Notes under the pieces: generated by a model
Told to the model about the DNA's origin: nothing
The model's database searches: none
The model's input: only the letters and a program-made list of their open reading frames with translations
In this document: in pieces, positions 1 through 18,178 of the stretch
How positions within the stretch are numbered: the first letter of the stretch is position 1
Layout of the letters: every line of letters starts with the position of its first letter
Source of the DNA: Selaginella moellendorffii
Lineage: Eukaryota > Plantae > Lycopodiophyta
Direction of reading: 5' to 3'
NCBI RefSeq assembly: GCF_000143415.4
Contig: NW_003314274.1
Span: forward strand, 124,001-188,000
Length of the DNA: 64,000 bases
Translations under genes and position numbers: made by a program

Positions 1-87
1 CAAGAGGAAGAAGTGGCGGACGTGATGGAAGAAGAGGATTATAGGCCGGAAGATGATACAACGCTCCCGGAAGGAAAATCTAGCTGA
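1..87 (+). CDS. 3' end of an upstream gene (acidic C-terminus), truncated by the window edge
   Basis: Frame 1 reads QEEEVADVMEEEDYRPEDDTTLPEGKSS* with TGA at 85-87; no family can be assigned. Confidence 0.4.
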   Translation, partial: QEEEVADVMEEEDYRPEDDTTLPEGKSS

Positions 88-369
88 AAAGATTTAAACA
101 GAGTATATCCCACTTGTGAGAATAGAAAGATGCGGATTCTTGAGTATATTCGTATGTGTACGGGATTGAGTAGAGGGAGTACGGCCACTTTGGACTGATT
201 TTAAATCTTTAGCGCTCCCGCGCCTCTTTGCTAGGGTTCTAATGTGTGACGATGGGATTGTGAGCGCTCCGGCCGCGAGGTATAAAGAATTCCGGAAAGA
301 TCTTTGATAATCCCATCCACGCAAAGGTCGTGTGTGTGCTTGCTCGATCAGGTTAGCGACCGGAAAAGG

Positions 370-1923
370 ATGATATCAGAGGCTGCGATCGTGTTTGGGA
401 GCTGGATTGGGGGCCAGGCATGGCGCCGCCACTTCATCTGGGCCTTGCTGGTGTTCTGTATCACTTTCATTTTCACGATTATCGCCTTCGTCGGCGCCAG
501 GCCGTGCTACACCGATTGCCGCAAGGGGGGAATGCTGCCAGATAATCGATCGATCGCGGCGAGCGCTGGCCACGGGCGGCTGCTCACAGTCAAGGGATCG
601 GAGATTTTTGAGGTAATCGTGCTAGTCTCTTTCTCTCCATTGTCGATCGATCTTGAAACATTTCGGTGGCCAGAGCGGGTTTTGGTCGCTGGGGAGGCAA
701 GAGCGGCTCAAACGCGCCAAGATTGCGATCGAGAATCTTCATCTCCAGGATGAGCTCGACGATCTTCACGACGATGGGGTCTTGTATCGTAACATCTCGC
801 GATTCAAGAGGTATGATTTACCGATCAAACGTGATTTTTTTATATCTTTTTTACTCCAGGAGTTACGAAGCAATGCAACGGGTATTCAGGATCTTTGTCT
901 ACAAGGACGGTTACAAGCCATTGATGCACGAAGGCCCCAAGACTGGAATTTACGCGTCCGAAGGGCTCTTCATCGCTACCATGGAACGAGGGAATCCCTT
1001 CGCCGTGACCGAACCAAAGATCGCAACGATGTTCTTTATCCCTTTCAGCCTCAAGCAAATGGTGGACTACATGTATGACACGAACAGTCACAGCATGAAG
1101 AACATCCAGAGCTACATCGCCGGGTACTTGAGGAGGCTGGCATCGAAGTATCCTTACATGAACGCCACAAACGGGATCGATCACTTTTTTGTCTCTTGCC
1201 ACGACTGGGTAAGTTTGTTTCTTTGCTTTTCATCTTGTATACTTATGGTTTCTACTCTAGGCTCTTATGGCACTGGAAAAGCAGGACTGCCAGAGAAACA
1301 TCGTCAAGGTTGTCTGCAATGCCGATTCATCTCGAGGCTTCAACACATCCAGAGACGTTTCGTTGCCGGAGACACGAGTTCGACAGGGAAAACACTCGCC
1401 GATCATCAGAGACATTTCGGGAATGGACAGGCCTTACTTGGCGTTCTTCGCGGGCCAAATGCACGGCAAGCTGCGGCCAGTTCTCCTCGCCCACTGGAAA
1501 GACAAGGATCCGGAGATGAAAATCTACGAGGTTCTTCCACCGTCTGTGGCGGAGCGAATCTCTTACAGCGAACACATGAGGCTGAGCAAGTACTGCATCT
1601 GCGCCGCCGGATTCGAAGTCAACAGCCCGAGGCTGGTGGAAGCGATCGTGAACGAGTGCGTGCCGGTGATCTTGGCGGACAACTTCGTGCTACCTTTCAG
1701 CGAAGTCATCAACTGGGACAGCATCTCGGTGACGGTGGCGGAGAAGGATGTGGCAAACTTGAAAGCCATCCTGGCGGGGATCCCTCTGCGGAGGTACAAG
1801 GAAATGCAGGCACGGCTCAAGCACGTCAAGCGCCACTTCGTGTGGAAGAACAGCCCCGAGAAGTATGACATCTTCAACATGATCGTCCATTCGCTGTGGA
1901 CGCAGCAACTCAACAACGTTTAG
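370..1923 (+). CDS. Exostosin / glycosyltransferase family 47 protein, 4 exons (introns ~613-672, ~811-859, ~1209-1260)
   Basis: N-terminal TM anchor (FIWALLVFCITFIFTIIAF); GT47 motifs GIYASEG, DHFFVSCHDW, RDVSLPE, SKYCICAAGFEVNSPRLVEAI, CVPVILADNFVLPF; GT-AG introns join the ORF pieces. Confidence 0.92.
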
Positions 1924-2135
1924 AAGATCTTCGATCCAATGCGTGAGTTGACAAGGCAAGTTCTTGAAATCTCTTTAATCTCTCTCATTCTCTCCTTTTC
2001 TTACAAAACTCTAGGATTGGGATAAAAAATTTGTACTGTGACTACTTACAAGTGGAGTTTATAAGCTACACGAGTATGAAACGTGTAATTCTTCTTAAAG
2101 GTCAGTCCAGAAAGAGAAGATTAGGGTTTATAGCG

Positions 2136-3777
2136 ATGGTCTTCTTCGATCGTGATGCGCACGTCCAGTTCTTTGCAGGATTTCTCGTCCGCGGCCTGTC
2201 GGCGGACTACCTTGGGCAGGAATGCAACACGCTCTCGTTAGCCTACTTCGCGATCTCGGCTCTCGACATCCTCAATGCCCTGAATCAGGTATTTGTCTCG
2301 GATCGCGAGCGCGAGCGCTTAGCATTGCTCTTTCCCTGCCGTAATATCAGATTCCGACTGGCGAGATCGTGGATTGGGTGTATAGTTTGCAAGTTTTGCC
2401 GCTCAAGGAGCTCGACGAGTACGCGGAGAAAGGTCTGGAACAGTAGTTGTGAGCGCTGGAATTTTGATCGCCGTGTGGATCCAGATTTGAGGTTTGGATT
2501 TCTTGGATCACGCTCGACTTATGTGTCTCGTGATGTGCGTTTGCTCTTCCTCTTTTTGATTTCTCTTTCCTTACCTTGATTTTCTATTCTTTCATTCAGG
2601 GCGTGGAGTCCTCATACGATGGTGGTCACCTGGCCATGACTTACTCGGCTTTGGCGATTTTGAAGATACTTGGAGACGACTACTCTCGAGTCTCTAGAAA
2701 TGCCATTGTTCGTTCCATGCAATCGCTACAGCAACCGGATGGATGGTAGTACCGAATTCTCTTGAAGAACTAATTGTTTCTTCCTTTTTCTTGGCAGCTT
2801 CACTCCTGTTCATCTGGGTGCTGAAAGGGATTCGCGTTTCCTCTTCTGCGCAGGTGAGCAAAGCAATGTTATGCTTGTGAGTATAAGCTTTGCACTGATG
2901 TCGTTCCTTTCTAGCTGCCATTTGCACTTTCCTTCAAGATTGGAGTGGCATGGACGTACCGCTGGCCTGTGACTACATAGCCAAATGTCAGGTTGTTTTG
3001 CGATGGATGCTGACGACTTAGCTAACTTATTTTTTTGTTTTCAGTCATATGATGGTGGTTTTGGATTGTGCCCGGGTTTAGAGGCTCATGGTGAGGATTT
3101 CTTGAACATTTACGCGTGATATTTTCTTTTTCTTTCTGTGGCTGAAGGAGGTGCTACCTACTGTGCGGTTGCAGCTCTCAAGCTTATTGGACAGTCTGCT
3201 GAAAAGGGAATAACAGGCATAGACTTCCCGCTTCTGACCAGTTGGTTATTACAGGTAAAGTAGCCACGGCTTGATTGTTGAGTAGATTTTCTGAATCCTT
3301 TCCATCTTCAACTAGCGACAAGCAGTTACCGGAGGCTTTCAAGGAAGAATCAACAAAGCACCAGACACATGCTACGCTTTCTGGTAGGAATTTCCGCCAC
3401 TTCGAAGCACGTTTTGATGACTTTTTCTTACAGGGTCGGGGCTAGCCTTGTTTTTCTAGGAGCCTACAAACTTTGTGACCGAGAAGCTCTACGATTGTCT
3501 TTGCTTAGTTGCCAAAACAAGGTGAAGAACGAATAGCTTGCTTTTTTCTCAGTCTGACACTTACTTCTGGCAGAAAGGTGGATTTAGCAAGTATCCCGAT
3601 GACGATGTGGATATGCTACATTCCTACTACGGTGTCTGTGGCTTCAGCCTTCTCAACGAGCCTGGGCTTGAGAGTCTATGCTGTGAGCTAGGCATTTCCG
3701 CTCGTGCTGCCGGTGATTTCGACATGGGTTCTGACACGGTGAAGTTTTCATATCTCGAAGAAGAAACTCCCGACTAA
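2136..3777 (+). CDS. GGB: Geranylgeranyltransferase type-I beta subunit, multi-exon
   Basis: FDRDAHVQF...LAYFAISALDIL, GHLAMTYSALAILK, SYDGGFG..PGLEAHGGATYCAV, GGFQGRINKAPDTCYAFW, GGFSKYPDDDVDMLHSYYG; these are prenyltransferase repeats with the Zn ligands. Confidence 0.9.
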
Positions 3778-3788
3778 CGCCATTCAAA

Positions 3789-5601
3789 CTATGGTAAGTT
3801 TGAAGTAATATGCTTTCCCCTGGTGACTGATCCTGAAAATTGTGTGTGTGACGCAGAGGTGGTCAATATGCTTGGAACCAGTTGATCGCAAAACGCGGCT
3901 GGAAAATTATGCTGGCTGTTTGGTCTCGGGTTTGTCTCATCTTGTCCTTCCTCTGTTCTTGCGGCTTGTTCTACCGAATTCTTCTCCCGCATACTCTTAA
4001 CAGCTTGTGACAGTCGATATTTGGCTACCTCCATGTCCACAATTGGTTTCGGGTAATTGGTTCCTAGCTCGACACCAGCTGCTTGCAATCTACTTACAGG
4101 TGCACTATATGGATGGTGAATCCACTGGTTTGGGAGCCTGCTGAGTTCTGGAAGCCATCTCCGAACGTACTCCCCTTTGGGGTCAAGCTTACATCCTTCC
4201 TCCTGCAGCCGCAGAGATATAAATTTCAGCGCTACACTTCCGTGCTACTTACGTGAGGATCGAGTACACGGTCTAGTTCGTGGCCATCGGTCAAGCAACC
4301 GGAAACGTACTTCCAGCCGAGTATATCGCTCTCTAAATCGGCATCGAGCAAAGTGTCCCAGAAGTATTTTATCCCCCAGGTCCAAGGGAGCTGCAAAAAC
4401 TTTATCAGGAAGCTGGATGTTACCACTCGAAGTTTGCAGTGCAGCCATCCTGTCGACCATAGCTCGCGCATAGCTGCATCCACCAACGGGTAACCAGTTT
4501 TTCCGAGCTTCCAAGCCTTGAAATGGATCTCATCGTTTCTCCAGGGGAAGTTTTTCAGCAGGGATTGCTCCTGAGTGAACGGGAAATGGAAGCTGATATA
4601 TCTGGAGTACTCCCTCAGGCCTATAGCTCGAAGAAAGAGATGTGCGTTCCGACGGGGACAGAACAGCTGCTCTTCGTCTCTCTGTTTGGACCGTATGCAA
4701 TTGTAGAGTTTCCGGATGCTGAGCTCTCCAAAGTGCAAGTATGGAGAAAGGTGTGAGGTGGAGTTGTCTGCCGTCTCTCTACTGGTGGTATAATCGTTAA
4801 GAGGGCCGACTAGGAAGGCTTGAAGAGCATCGTTTGCGTGTTTACACCCAGGGGACCATGTCCGCGCCAGCAACTCGTTACTACTTTTCTCGGACTCATC
4901 TTCAAGGCATAGCTCCTCTATACTACATGGAGTGGGGAGATTTCCTGCAAAACTTATGAGATCCAGGTATTCTGCTTTTTTCTTTTTTGTTGTGCTTACC
5001 CCGGTAAGGAAATAATCGTGCTTGTGATGAATCAGGCATGTCTGGCTCAAAACGCGTTCGCAAGAAGCGGTTCCAAAATCCTGCGAAAGTAGTAAATGCG
5101 TGGCCCTGTTCGTCGTATATCTCCCACGGTTCGTGCAAGGTGTCGCAGTTGAAGTTGTGTACAAAAATTCCATACTCCAGGAGTCTCTGCTTTACACGAC
5201 GATCACGGGCCACAGTGATGGGATCTGCTTGCAATGCATCGAGTAAGTTCTACCACGCCGTAAGTTTTCCTAACTCTCTTACCGTACAGATGGTTGCAGA
5301 AGATCTGAGTTGATCCTGTAGCTCGAGCTATGTTTACCAGCACAGAGAGCGTGTCGTTCCCCTTTTGGAGGAGGAGCGAACAGCCGTAGCTTGCAAGCGA
5401 TGCATCGAGGTGAATGAGGCTCTGCTTGAGCCACCATCTTGAGTGTCGGCCCGGTTGGAATTCACCCTCTTCTGCTGGACACCAGATGAAGATTGGAAGG
5501 ACGACTCCCGGCGCGTTCGCCGCGGCGAGCAGCGCGGGATTATCTTCTACACGAAGGTCTCTTCGGAACCATACCAGGTTACATGCCTTAGAGTTTTCCA
5601 T
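3789..5601 (-). CDS. CRY: Plant cryptochrome (PHR domain plus short C-terminal extension), ~4 exons
   Basis: VWFRRDLRVEDNPAL, SRWWLKQSL, TSHLSPYLHFGELS, REYSRY, GKTGYPLVDAAMRELW, YFWDTLLDADLESDILGW (plant-CRY Asp), and a DQLVP motif in the tail. Confidence 0.93.
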
Positions 5602-7244
5602 TCAGTCACTGAGTCTTCAATGCAGGACAAGCTCGAGCTTTCAATGGAAACATTTTGGAGCCGGGCGCCACACTAAACAGCGTAAGCATATACTTTCCAT
5701 TCAAGTGCTTGCTTGTTGTCAATTGCAAGCTGGTCCTGGAGCTTAGTACCTTCGTGGCTTCTTTCTCAACAGCTATGTGCTTGATGGCCCTGCTCAACAT
5801 TCTTATGTGGTGTCTCTTAGTTGCTGGCTTTGAATTGAGGAGAATGACACACGCTGTCTGGATTCCAGAAGTTAATGACAGGGTTTGGAGAGATCTTTCT
5901 GGTTGGCGTTGTCAATCTTTGCTGTATGTGGATAAGCTAAATCTCTGTCGCTGAAATCCAGGAATGTGAGCGCGTTGTCAGACTCAGCTTCCACCAACCA
6001 GTGTGGACAAGACGTTATGGTATCAGCTTATCCGAGTCCCATGTGAAATCTACCGCAGCTGATTCAATGCTGGGATCTTACAGCTAGCCATACTCCATGC
6101 TCTGGTACGACAGCTCTCAAAGGTCTTCGGAGTTATCTATCAAAACTCTTACTTGTTGGTGCAGGTCTCTTGTCAATTTTACAAGTAGCAGCCAAACAAG
6201 TGTACCGGGAGAAGATCCAGTCAATTTTTGGATTCGGCCGCAGCGACTCGTGTCTTGCTTGTTTCAGAGGTTTTGTCCAGTATTGACGGTGGCATATAGA
6301 GGACAAGGGCAAAAAATGTTAAGTTTTTGCTGACATGCATGGTTATCATGTAAGGCAACATTTCTTGAACATCTCGATAACTTTAGCTAACGAACTTTTG
6401 AGATAGCTATTTTGGGCAATCCTAGTTGCTCAAATGGATAAAGCTTTAACCATGTTTCAGCTGACATTGATCAATGTTGATCATTATAAGAAAAACTGAA
6501 CTCTAAATCTCTTTCCTCGATATTCAAGCATAATTGACTATTATTATAGTACTAGATCGATAATTTCCAAGACTAAATGGTTCAATTGCTCTATGCATTT
6601 TCTTAAGTTTAGGAGAAAGTTTAAATAAATTGCTACACATTGCATGTAATAACGCTTAATTTTCTTATTACTTATTAATCCAATTGATCAAATAAAGTAT
6701 ATAACCATCAATGGCTTGGTAGAAGAAGCGGTCCAAGGACGTACCGGGCTGGATCTTACAATGGATCAGTTTTTGGCCATGGTTGGTGGTAGTCAATTTT
6801 CCTTATAAGCATGTTTGTAATTTATAAACACAAAATTAATCTTATTGCATATTAATTATTAGATGATAGAATAAAAAAGGATATATTAGAAAGGGTTTTT
6901 AAAATCTTATAAAATATAAATACAAAATTAATCTAACTGAATAACAACCATGAGATGGTAAAATATCCTAGAATATCAGTATATTCTAAGTATATTCACT
7001 ACCAACCAAAAATTCTCTCCTAAGACTTTTTTTCTGCAGTTTTATTTATTATTATTTTATTTATAGTTATGAATAGAAAACTTAACTTATATATTTTATT
7101 ATTTATGATAACTTTTTATTTTATTTTTAATAAGTTTAAAAAAGATGTAAATGTTTTTATATACAAGAAGGCCATACTAATATGGCACTTAGTTTCTTTA
7201 ATAGGTCATTATTTATTTTAGCTGTCAGTCATGTATATATAACT

Positions 7245-7247
<3 letters not shown>

Positions 7248-7304
<57 letters not shown>
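7248..7304. repeat. (TA)n microsatellite
   Basis: Uninterrupted TA run in an AT-rich intergenic region. Confidence 0.97.
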
Positions 7305-7306
<2 letters not shown>

Positions 7307-9855
7307 ATCCTTATTCTAGTAAATGAATTAATATTTAATAAATTAGAATTTATTATCATTAGTATATAGAAAGAAAATTGTGATGGCAATTTGGGGGAGG
7401 TATACCTGAAAAAAAAACACATGTGTATAAATTATTGAAAGACATATATGTGAATACAAATGTATAAGCATGCATTAGTGCCACCCAGATATGCATAGCA
7501 AAGTTTAGGTTAGTTCCACATATGCAATTTCTTACAAAATTTCAACTCTGTATTTACTTAAGATAGTTTCCTTGTTGAAGGTAATGGAAAGTGCTTTTCA
7601 AAGTTTTTGTAACTCAAGGTTTTGCACAATAAAACAAAACATAACAAAACAAATGTAACAAACCACTGGAATGCCAAAAACTTATGTGTGTGATTAGAAA
7701 TGTGAAAATTCAATTCAACTAATGCTTTACTAAAATTATAGTATGATCCATTTGCTCATGGAAAAGCCACCATGTTCAATGCCTAGAAAAGACTCTGCAA
7801 TCTCCTCCACACTACTCAAACAAATGAGAGGCACTTGCAAGACCAATCAAAACTACATTTGAAATATATCCCAGATCTGCAAGAAAACACAAAATGAGAG
7901 GCAAATGGAACAAATATAAAAGATGGTCACAATGAAGAAATCATAAATTTGAGCTCAATAACACAAGAATGAAACAAAAAAAAAATCCTCATTAGAATGT
8001 AATATCAGTCTTGAGTGGCAATTGAAGTGTTATGCTAATGCATATATGGATGACAAAAATATTATACATACAATCACAGTTCGATTGCTTATATAGCAAT
8101 TTCAAAGTGATTGTCTGCATAATATTTTTGCATGTAACTCAAAGTTTGCATATGTGTAAATATAATAATGCATGCATGTGCAATCATATATTCATTAAAC
8201 CAAAATTTGAAAAACCAATATCAATTTTTTATCATAGTTTTTGCTTACAATAAAAAGTATAGAGATACACTAAACTTTTTCATAATGACTATCAAGCCAC
8301 ATCTCATGTAATAATGCGAAATCCAATTGAAGAATATAAAATAATATTTATATATTTGATAAATATTATATTAGCATAGTGGGAATGAAATTTCAGAAAT
8401 AGCATATTCTCAATTCGGAAAAAAATTAGTAACAAATATACATCCAGCTTTTTCCGCATCATCAACCTGTCAACGAGCTGTCTGTGGTTGTTGCCCTGCG
8501 TGTCCACCAGGAAGGACTCTTGTGGTAAGATCCTCCTTTTTTTTAAGTCAAACCAATGGGAGGAGATGCTTGGTGAGTGGAAATATGCCCATGCTTTTCC
8601 ATGATCCCATGGAATCATTATACTGTATGTGCTTTTCTTTAACAAGAAAACTAGTGGGGCTGTGACGTCGTTCTTGAGGAATGAGGATTGCGTTTGGAAT
8701 TCTTAATGTTTTTGATCGGTTACAGCTTGACCCTCTTGTAGCCCATTAAGGATGACAATGCGAAGGACGGCTATGGCCTTTCGGGTGTTCTAGAAACAGC
8801 AATCCTCTCTGGTGTCAGGGTTTGGGATCAGTGTCTCGAACTTTTCATGAACCTCTTTATTTTGGTGTTATGGGTAGAAGAAACCATTACAACTTGTGAT
8901 TTATATCATGGTGGTGCTACTTTTTTAGCGCTGCAAAGTTTGACCAAGAGATCCATAGAAAAGTTTAATGTGGTAGCCCTGGATTCTGGCTGGCATGGTA
9001 CTCCCACTTACTAGTTAACATTTTGGCATTCTATGTGTATTGATCATTGCATTGATTGAATCGAGCCCCACAAATACAGGTGATGTGTGTTGTCTATAAT
9101 GTGATTCACCTTTTAAGTAACTCAAGTTTTCCTATGCTCTATTACAGATACGTCTTATAGTGACTCTCATCCAGGTGTTACAGCTTATATGTATATCCTC
9201 AATCATTCACCTCAAGAACATTTCATTATCAGTGTTATATCATAATGCTTCCTCACGCTTGACAACATTGGGCTCGGCTTGTTTTGTTCCGAATTAACCT
9301 TTTCTTTGTAGGGACACAGGACACCATATATTCGCACGAGGATCTATCAGCCAGGTCTGTTTTTGACTATTAAAATGAATAATGGCCAGCATTATCAGCC
9401 AAATTTTTACTAGAGGATCACATACTTTGGCATAGAAACGTACGGGGAGGAGACGCTTTGGATCGGAATCTCACTCGAGATAAAATCATGAAGAATTTCA
9501 TTCGCTCTCTCTTCGCCCTCGCCCTGACAGCCAGGAATGAGTGTAAGAAAGATACCCCAATGAATTGTGTAGTAACAAGTGTACCACAAACTGGCGTGGC
9601 GGTGTATATGTCAAATCCAAAGTAGATTCGTTGCGAGAAATCCACACATCCTTTTTCTTTATAGAGCTACAGCATGCCCAACTGTTTAATTGGAACTGCT
9701 AGCACACACCTTCTTGACCTCTTCCCAAAGGCGGTAGCAGAGAGCCTTCCAAGTTCCGAGTATAAATATCAAGTGGCAGACTGTCCACAAATAAGTTTGT
9801 GAGGAGCAGAAGCTCACAAAGATCGTTGAGCTTCTACTCTTTTCTCACAAACAAA

Positions 9856-10990
9856 ATGGAGTTGATGGCTGCTTTCAGACTAGCACTCGGCATCATAGGT
9901 TTGCCCTGCATAATCACCAGCTTCTAATGTCTGATTAAAATGCTGTTTTCTTTTTCCAGGAAACATTACAGAAATTTCCATTTGCCTGGCTCCAATGTAA
10001 GCAACATATAAACTCAAGTTTTTTTGTTTGTTGTTTTGGTGAAACGTTTCAAATTTTAGGCCAACGTTCTGGAGGATCTACAAGAACAAATCAGTAGAAA
10101 AATTCTCCTGGTTACCATATGCAACAGGTCTCTTGTATGCAGCATACTGGGGATGCTATGCATTGCCATTCATCACAGAGCACAACATGCTCCTCTTCAC
10201 AGTCTCAGTTGCACAGGCGGTTCTGGAGCTCATTTACCTCATCATCTTCCTAGTTTACTCCTCACCAAAACAAAGGGTGCATATCTGAAAGAGTTTCATA
10301 CCAGAAGGCACTTATATAATATTTCGGTTTCTATGCAGGCAAGTGTTGCAGGAGCAATTTTCGGTGTAGCAGCATCAGTTGCTGCAACAATTGCAGTAGC
10401 CAAGTCAGCAATGCACAAGCGACCAGAGAGGTGCATGTTTGCAGGGCTTCCAGCTGCCATTGTCACAGTTGCTATGTATGCATCTCCTCTCACTGTCATG
10501 GTAAGAAGATTTCTTTATTTCTTTCCTCACTGATCAAGAATTCTTTGTAACAGAGGCTGGTAATCAAGACCAAGAGTGTGGAGTACATGCCATTCTTGCT
10601 CTCCTTCTCAATCTTTGTCAATTCGGTTGCCTGGACAATCTATGGTGTTTTACAGCTTGACTACTTCATACTGGTAAACTTTCCTCTCCTCATTCTATGT
10701 GTTTTCTGTTTTTCCTGATAATATTTTTCTTCTTCTTCTCCATCCAGATTTCAGAAGGACTAGGTGCCATCCTTGGTACTAGTCAGCTTGTTCTATATGC
10801 TCTGTATAGACCAAGAAAGGACACCAGCAAAGAAGAGATTAAACTTCGGGAATTACGAGATGATGCCAAGAAAGCAGCACATATTACATTTCAGGAATTA
10901 CAAGACGATGCCAAGAAAGTAGCACATATTACACTGGATGTTGACAAACTGCAAGGCCTGAACAAGAACACAGAAGAGGTCTCTCAATGA
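9856..10990 (+). CDS. SWEET: SWEET (MtN3/saliva) transporter, 6 exons, divergent
   Basis: MELMAAFRLALGIIGN..LAPMPTFWRIYKNKSVEKFSWLPY...YASPLTVMRLVIKTKSVEYMPFLLS...QLVLYALY; canonical SWEET 6-exon layout. Confidence 0.92.
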
Positions 10991-11050
10991 AAAACTTGAG
11001 GCTCCAAATTATATCTCCCAGCAAAAGAATATGGTTCCTTTTTTACTTTC

Positions 11051-13133
11051 TCACTTCTTTGCCTTGCCACAAAGCAAGACGTTTTGAGGAATTGGCTCGT
11101 TGATTCCATTGGGATCTTCCGGATTGACCACCCGCATGTAAAACTCTTGTCCAAGATACTGCCTTATAACATTTTGAGACCGCACATTCCACATGCCAAC
11201 GTTGTCCAGCTCCAGCATAATGGCAGTCCACGACTTGGCATACACCTTCAAATCATAGATTAAAACATCTTAGCTTGCGAATTAATAGACTAACAGCTTA
11301 CTTGAACTGTGGATCTGGCAACCGCATCCACAAGATTGTAAGTTAGCCTGCTTGAAGTTGTCCAGTCCCCTGGTCCCATACTGAGAAAACATAGTACAGC
11401 AATTAATACAAATACCGAAGTAACAAAAAGATAAAACGATGAAAAAAACTTACCCGACCACAAAGAAAGCATAGCCATCGATATGCCAGGACTGTACTGG
11501 ATTCTCGTTGTTCTGGAATATGATCTCCATGAACGACCTGTACGTGCCAGATAGCACCGACGCACCATTATAGGGACTCCGCCCGTCGGGATAATCGGGG
11601 ATCGAGTTGGGAGAAAAGACTCCTCCGATCTTATAGAAATCTGCCAGCTTCAATGGAGTTCCTGGATGCATGTAGGAGATGCCATTCACAGCAAAGCGCT
11701 GTTTTCCATTGATGGCCGGGGCCGAGTTTGCGAGCTTTACTGTTTTGGAGATGTTGATAAGTCCATAGTGGAAAGACCCCTGTGGATTAGGCCTCGCGGC
11801 GCCAGCGGTCAGATTCCACCTGCAAAATAAAAGTGAGGCATGGGAAATGCAGCTTCATTTTTTTATACCAGGATTACTTACTTGATGGTACGTGCTTGAT
11901 TAAACGAGAAGTTTATATCACCCACAGCAGGTCCCGCTGGAAAGGGACCAGAGACACGCGAGAAAGAGTTTGTGTAGTGAAGAACTGCAACACCCGTGAG
12001 CTCTGGGAGACTGAACCTGGAAGTTGCCATAATATAAAAGTCTTTGGGACTCTGATCAGTGGTGATGAGAACCGAGTAGGACTGGCCAACGTGAACGTCA
12101 AGTGAGTCGTAGAGTGCTTGAGCCGTGTAGGATCCCTCCGTCTCCACCAGCTTCATTTTGTGGCCTTGAATTCTAAAGTTGAGCGAGGAAACGCTCCCCA
12201 CGTTGGAGATTCTAAGCCTGTAAGTTTTGCCTGCACCGTTCTAGCAGTGTTAGTCTATCTGTTAGTTTATAAACGATAAAGCTTTGTGTACCTGGTTGTA
12301 CTGTCAAGGTTGTTCCATAAGGACCACGTCCATTGATAAGCACGCCATCCCCCTTCCCAATCATCTCCCCTCGATCCAACGCAGCTCTTAATTGCTGGAA
12401 GAACGAAACATGTTTAACAAAAAGGAGAAACACAAAAAAAGCTACGAACTTACTGTGTGATTAAACTTGTACCAGTCGCCGATAAGAACTGTTAGCTCCG
12501 CAAAAGGAGGAGCAAATGGAACAGGAATCACTGCTCGGTTGTGGATGCGAATCCCTCCGTAGCCACCAGCCGCTCGTTGAAGAAGCAAGGATGGAAAGTA
12601 GGAAAACGTTCCAATCTGGTCCTTGGCTTGGAACTGGTAAGTCCAATTCTGTCCGGGCATTATTGGGCAGTTCGTTCCAAGCGTTCCATCTTGCCATGAA
12701 TCTCGCCGCAGTTGCAATCCATTCCTAGAAGAAGAAAGCAAAAGAAATTCATCAACAAAGTGCCACAACAGGGCATTTGCTACAAAGATGCGTTTGAGAT
12801 GTTCCTACCAGGTAAGAAGCAGAGGCTCGTCCAAACTGTTGCGCAGATTGATAACGACGTTGTTGTTCGTTGTGGTCTCAAGCTCGGGACCCGGAAACTG
12901 CCCGTTTATCGCGATTACCTGGACGATCCCCAAGAACATCACAAAAAATTAGACGATAATCTCATTGCCTGCAAAGATCTCGAAACACTTACCCGCTGGT
13001 TCACTCCCAGAGGCGATGTGTTGACGAAAGAAACATTCCAGTCGTGGAACTGGTACGGATCTCCCGCTCTGGCGACTAGTACCAAGGCGCATGCGACCAA
13101 TGCAGCATTGAGGAGCAATGCCGGTCGCGCCAT
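11051..13133 (-). CDS. SKS: SKU5-similar (SKS) multicopper-oxidase-like secreted protein, multi-exon
   Basis: Signal peptide MARPALLL..AGDPY; WQDGTLGTNCPI, KDQIGTFSYFPS, LDVHVGQSYSVL, WNLTAGAARPNPQGSFHYG, SWHIDGYAF, LDNVGMWNVRS; no hydrophobic GPI tail. Confidence 0.92.
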
Positions 13134-13861
13134 AGCTGGAAATCGCCCCCACAAGCCGCGATCGATCGAAATATCAGCAAAGAATCGAAGAATCGATGGA
13201 TTTCGGCGCAAGAAGGACGAATCTAGCTAGCGCCGGGGTGGAGAGGCCATGGCCGCGAGCAAGAGGCGTCGTCGAGAGGGAGGAGGCTGGAGCAATGGAG
13301 AGAACCCTGAGAGCGACGGCGTTAACGAGAAATGAATATGCCACCGATTTGAGGCATGGATACCTTTTTCCTCGCGGTGGGCACGAGGAAAAAGCTCTGG
13401 ATGCCCAGCCGTGATTAATCATTACTAATGGGGATTATCGGACTAAGAGGAAAGAGACCAGCCTCCATTCATGTGAATGGCGGGACAAAAAAGCTGACCT
13501 GGCGTGCTAGCTGTCCTAGTCAGCTTTAGTAGTCAACGGCCCCGATCTCCCCTGATCGCACGGCGCGCCGCAAATGCCAAAGCATATTCGTTTTCCCGCC
13601 GTTTGGAGGCCAGCACAGCTGGAAAAGGACCCCCGCCCCCGAAAAGAATGTTTCTTGGTTCTTTCCTTCACCGCGTCACGATAATGAGGTCGGCGATCAT
13701 GCTTTTTAACTCGCAAAAACTAATCCTGGCTTCCAACTGTTAGAGAATCTACAAAACAATAAGCAAAAACATACCTCGCGTCGTAAGTTGCCGAGAGAAC
13801 ATCGTGTGATCTTGCAAGTTTGTCAGTTGAGTTGCTTGAGATCTTCCAAGCCAAAGTTAAG

Positions 13862-18178
<4,317 letters not shown>

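Noticed and set aside
6100-9700. Short ORFs and a possible TE relic in the CRY-SWEET intergenic region
   Set aside because: No motifs, termini or TSDs could be identified.
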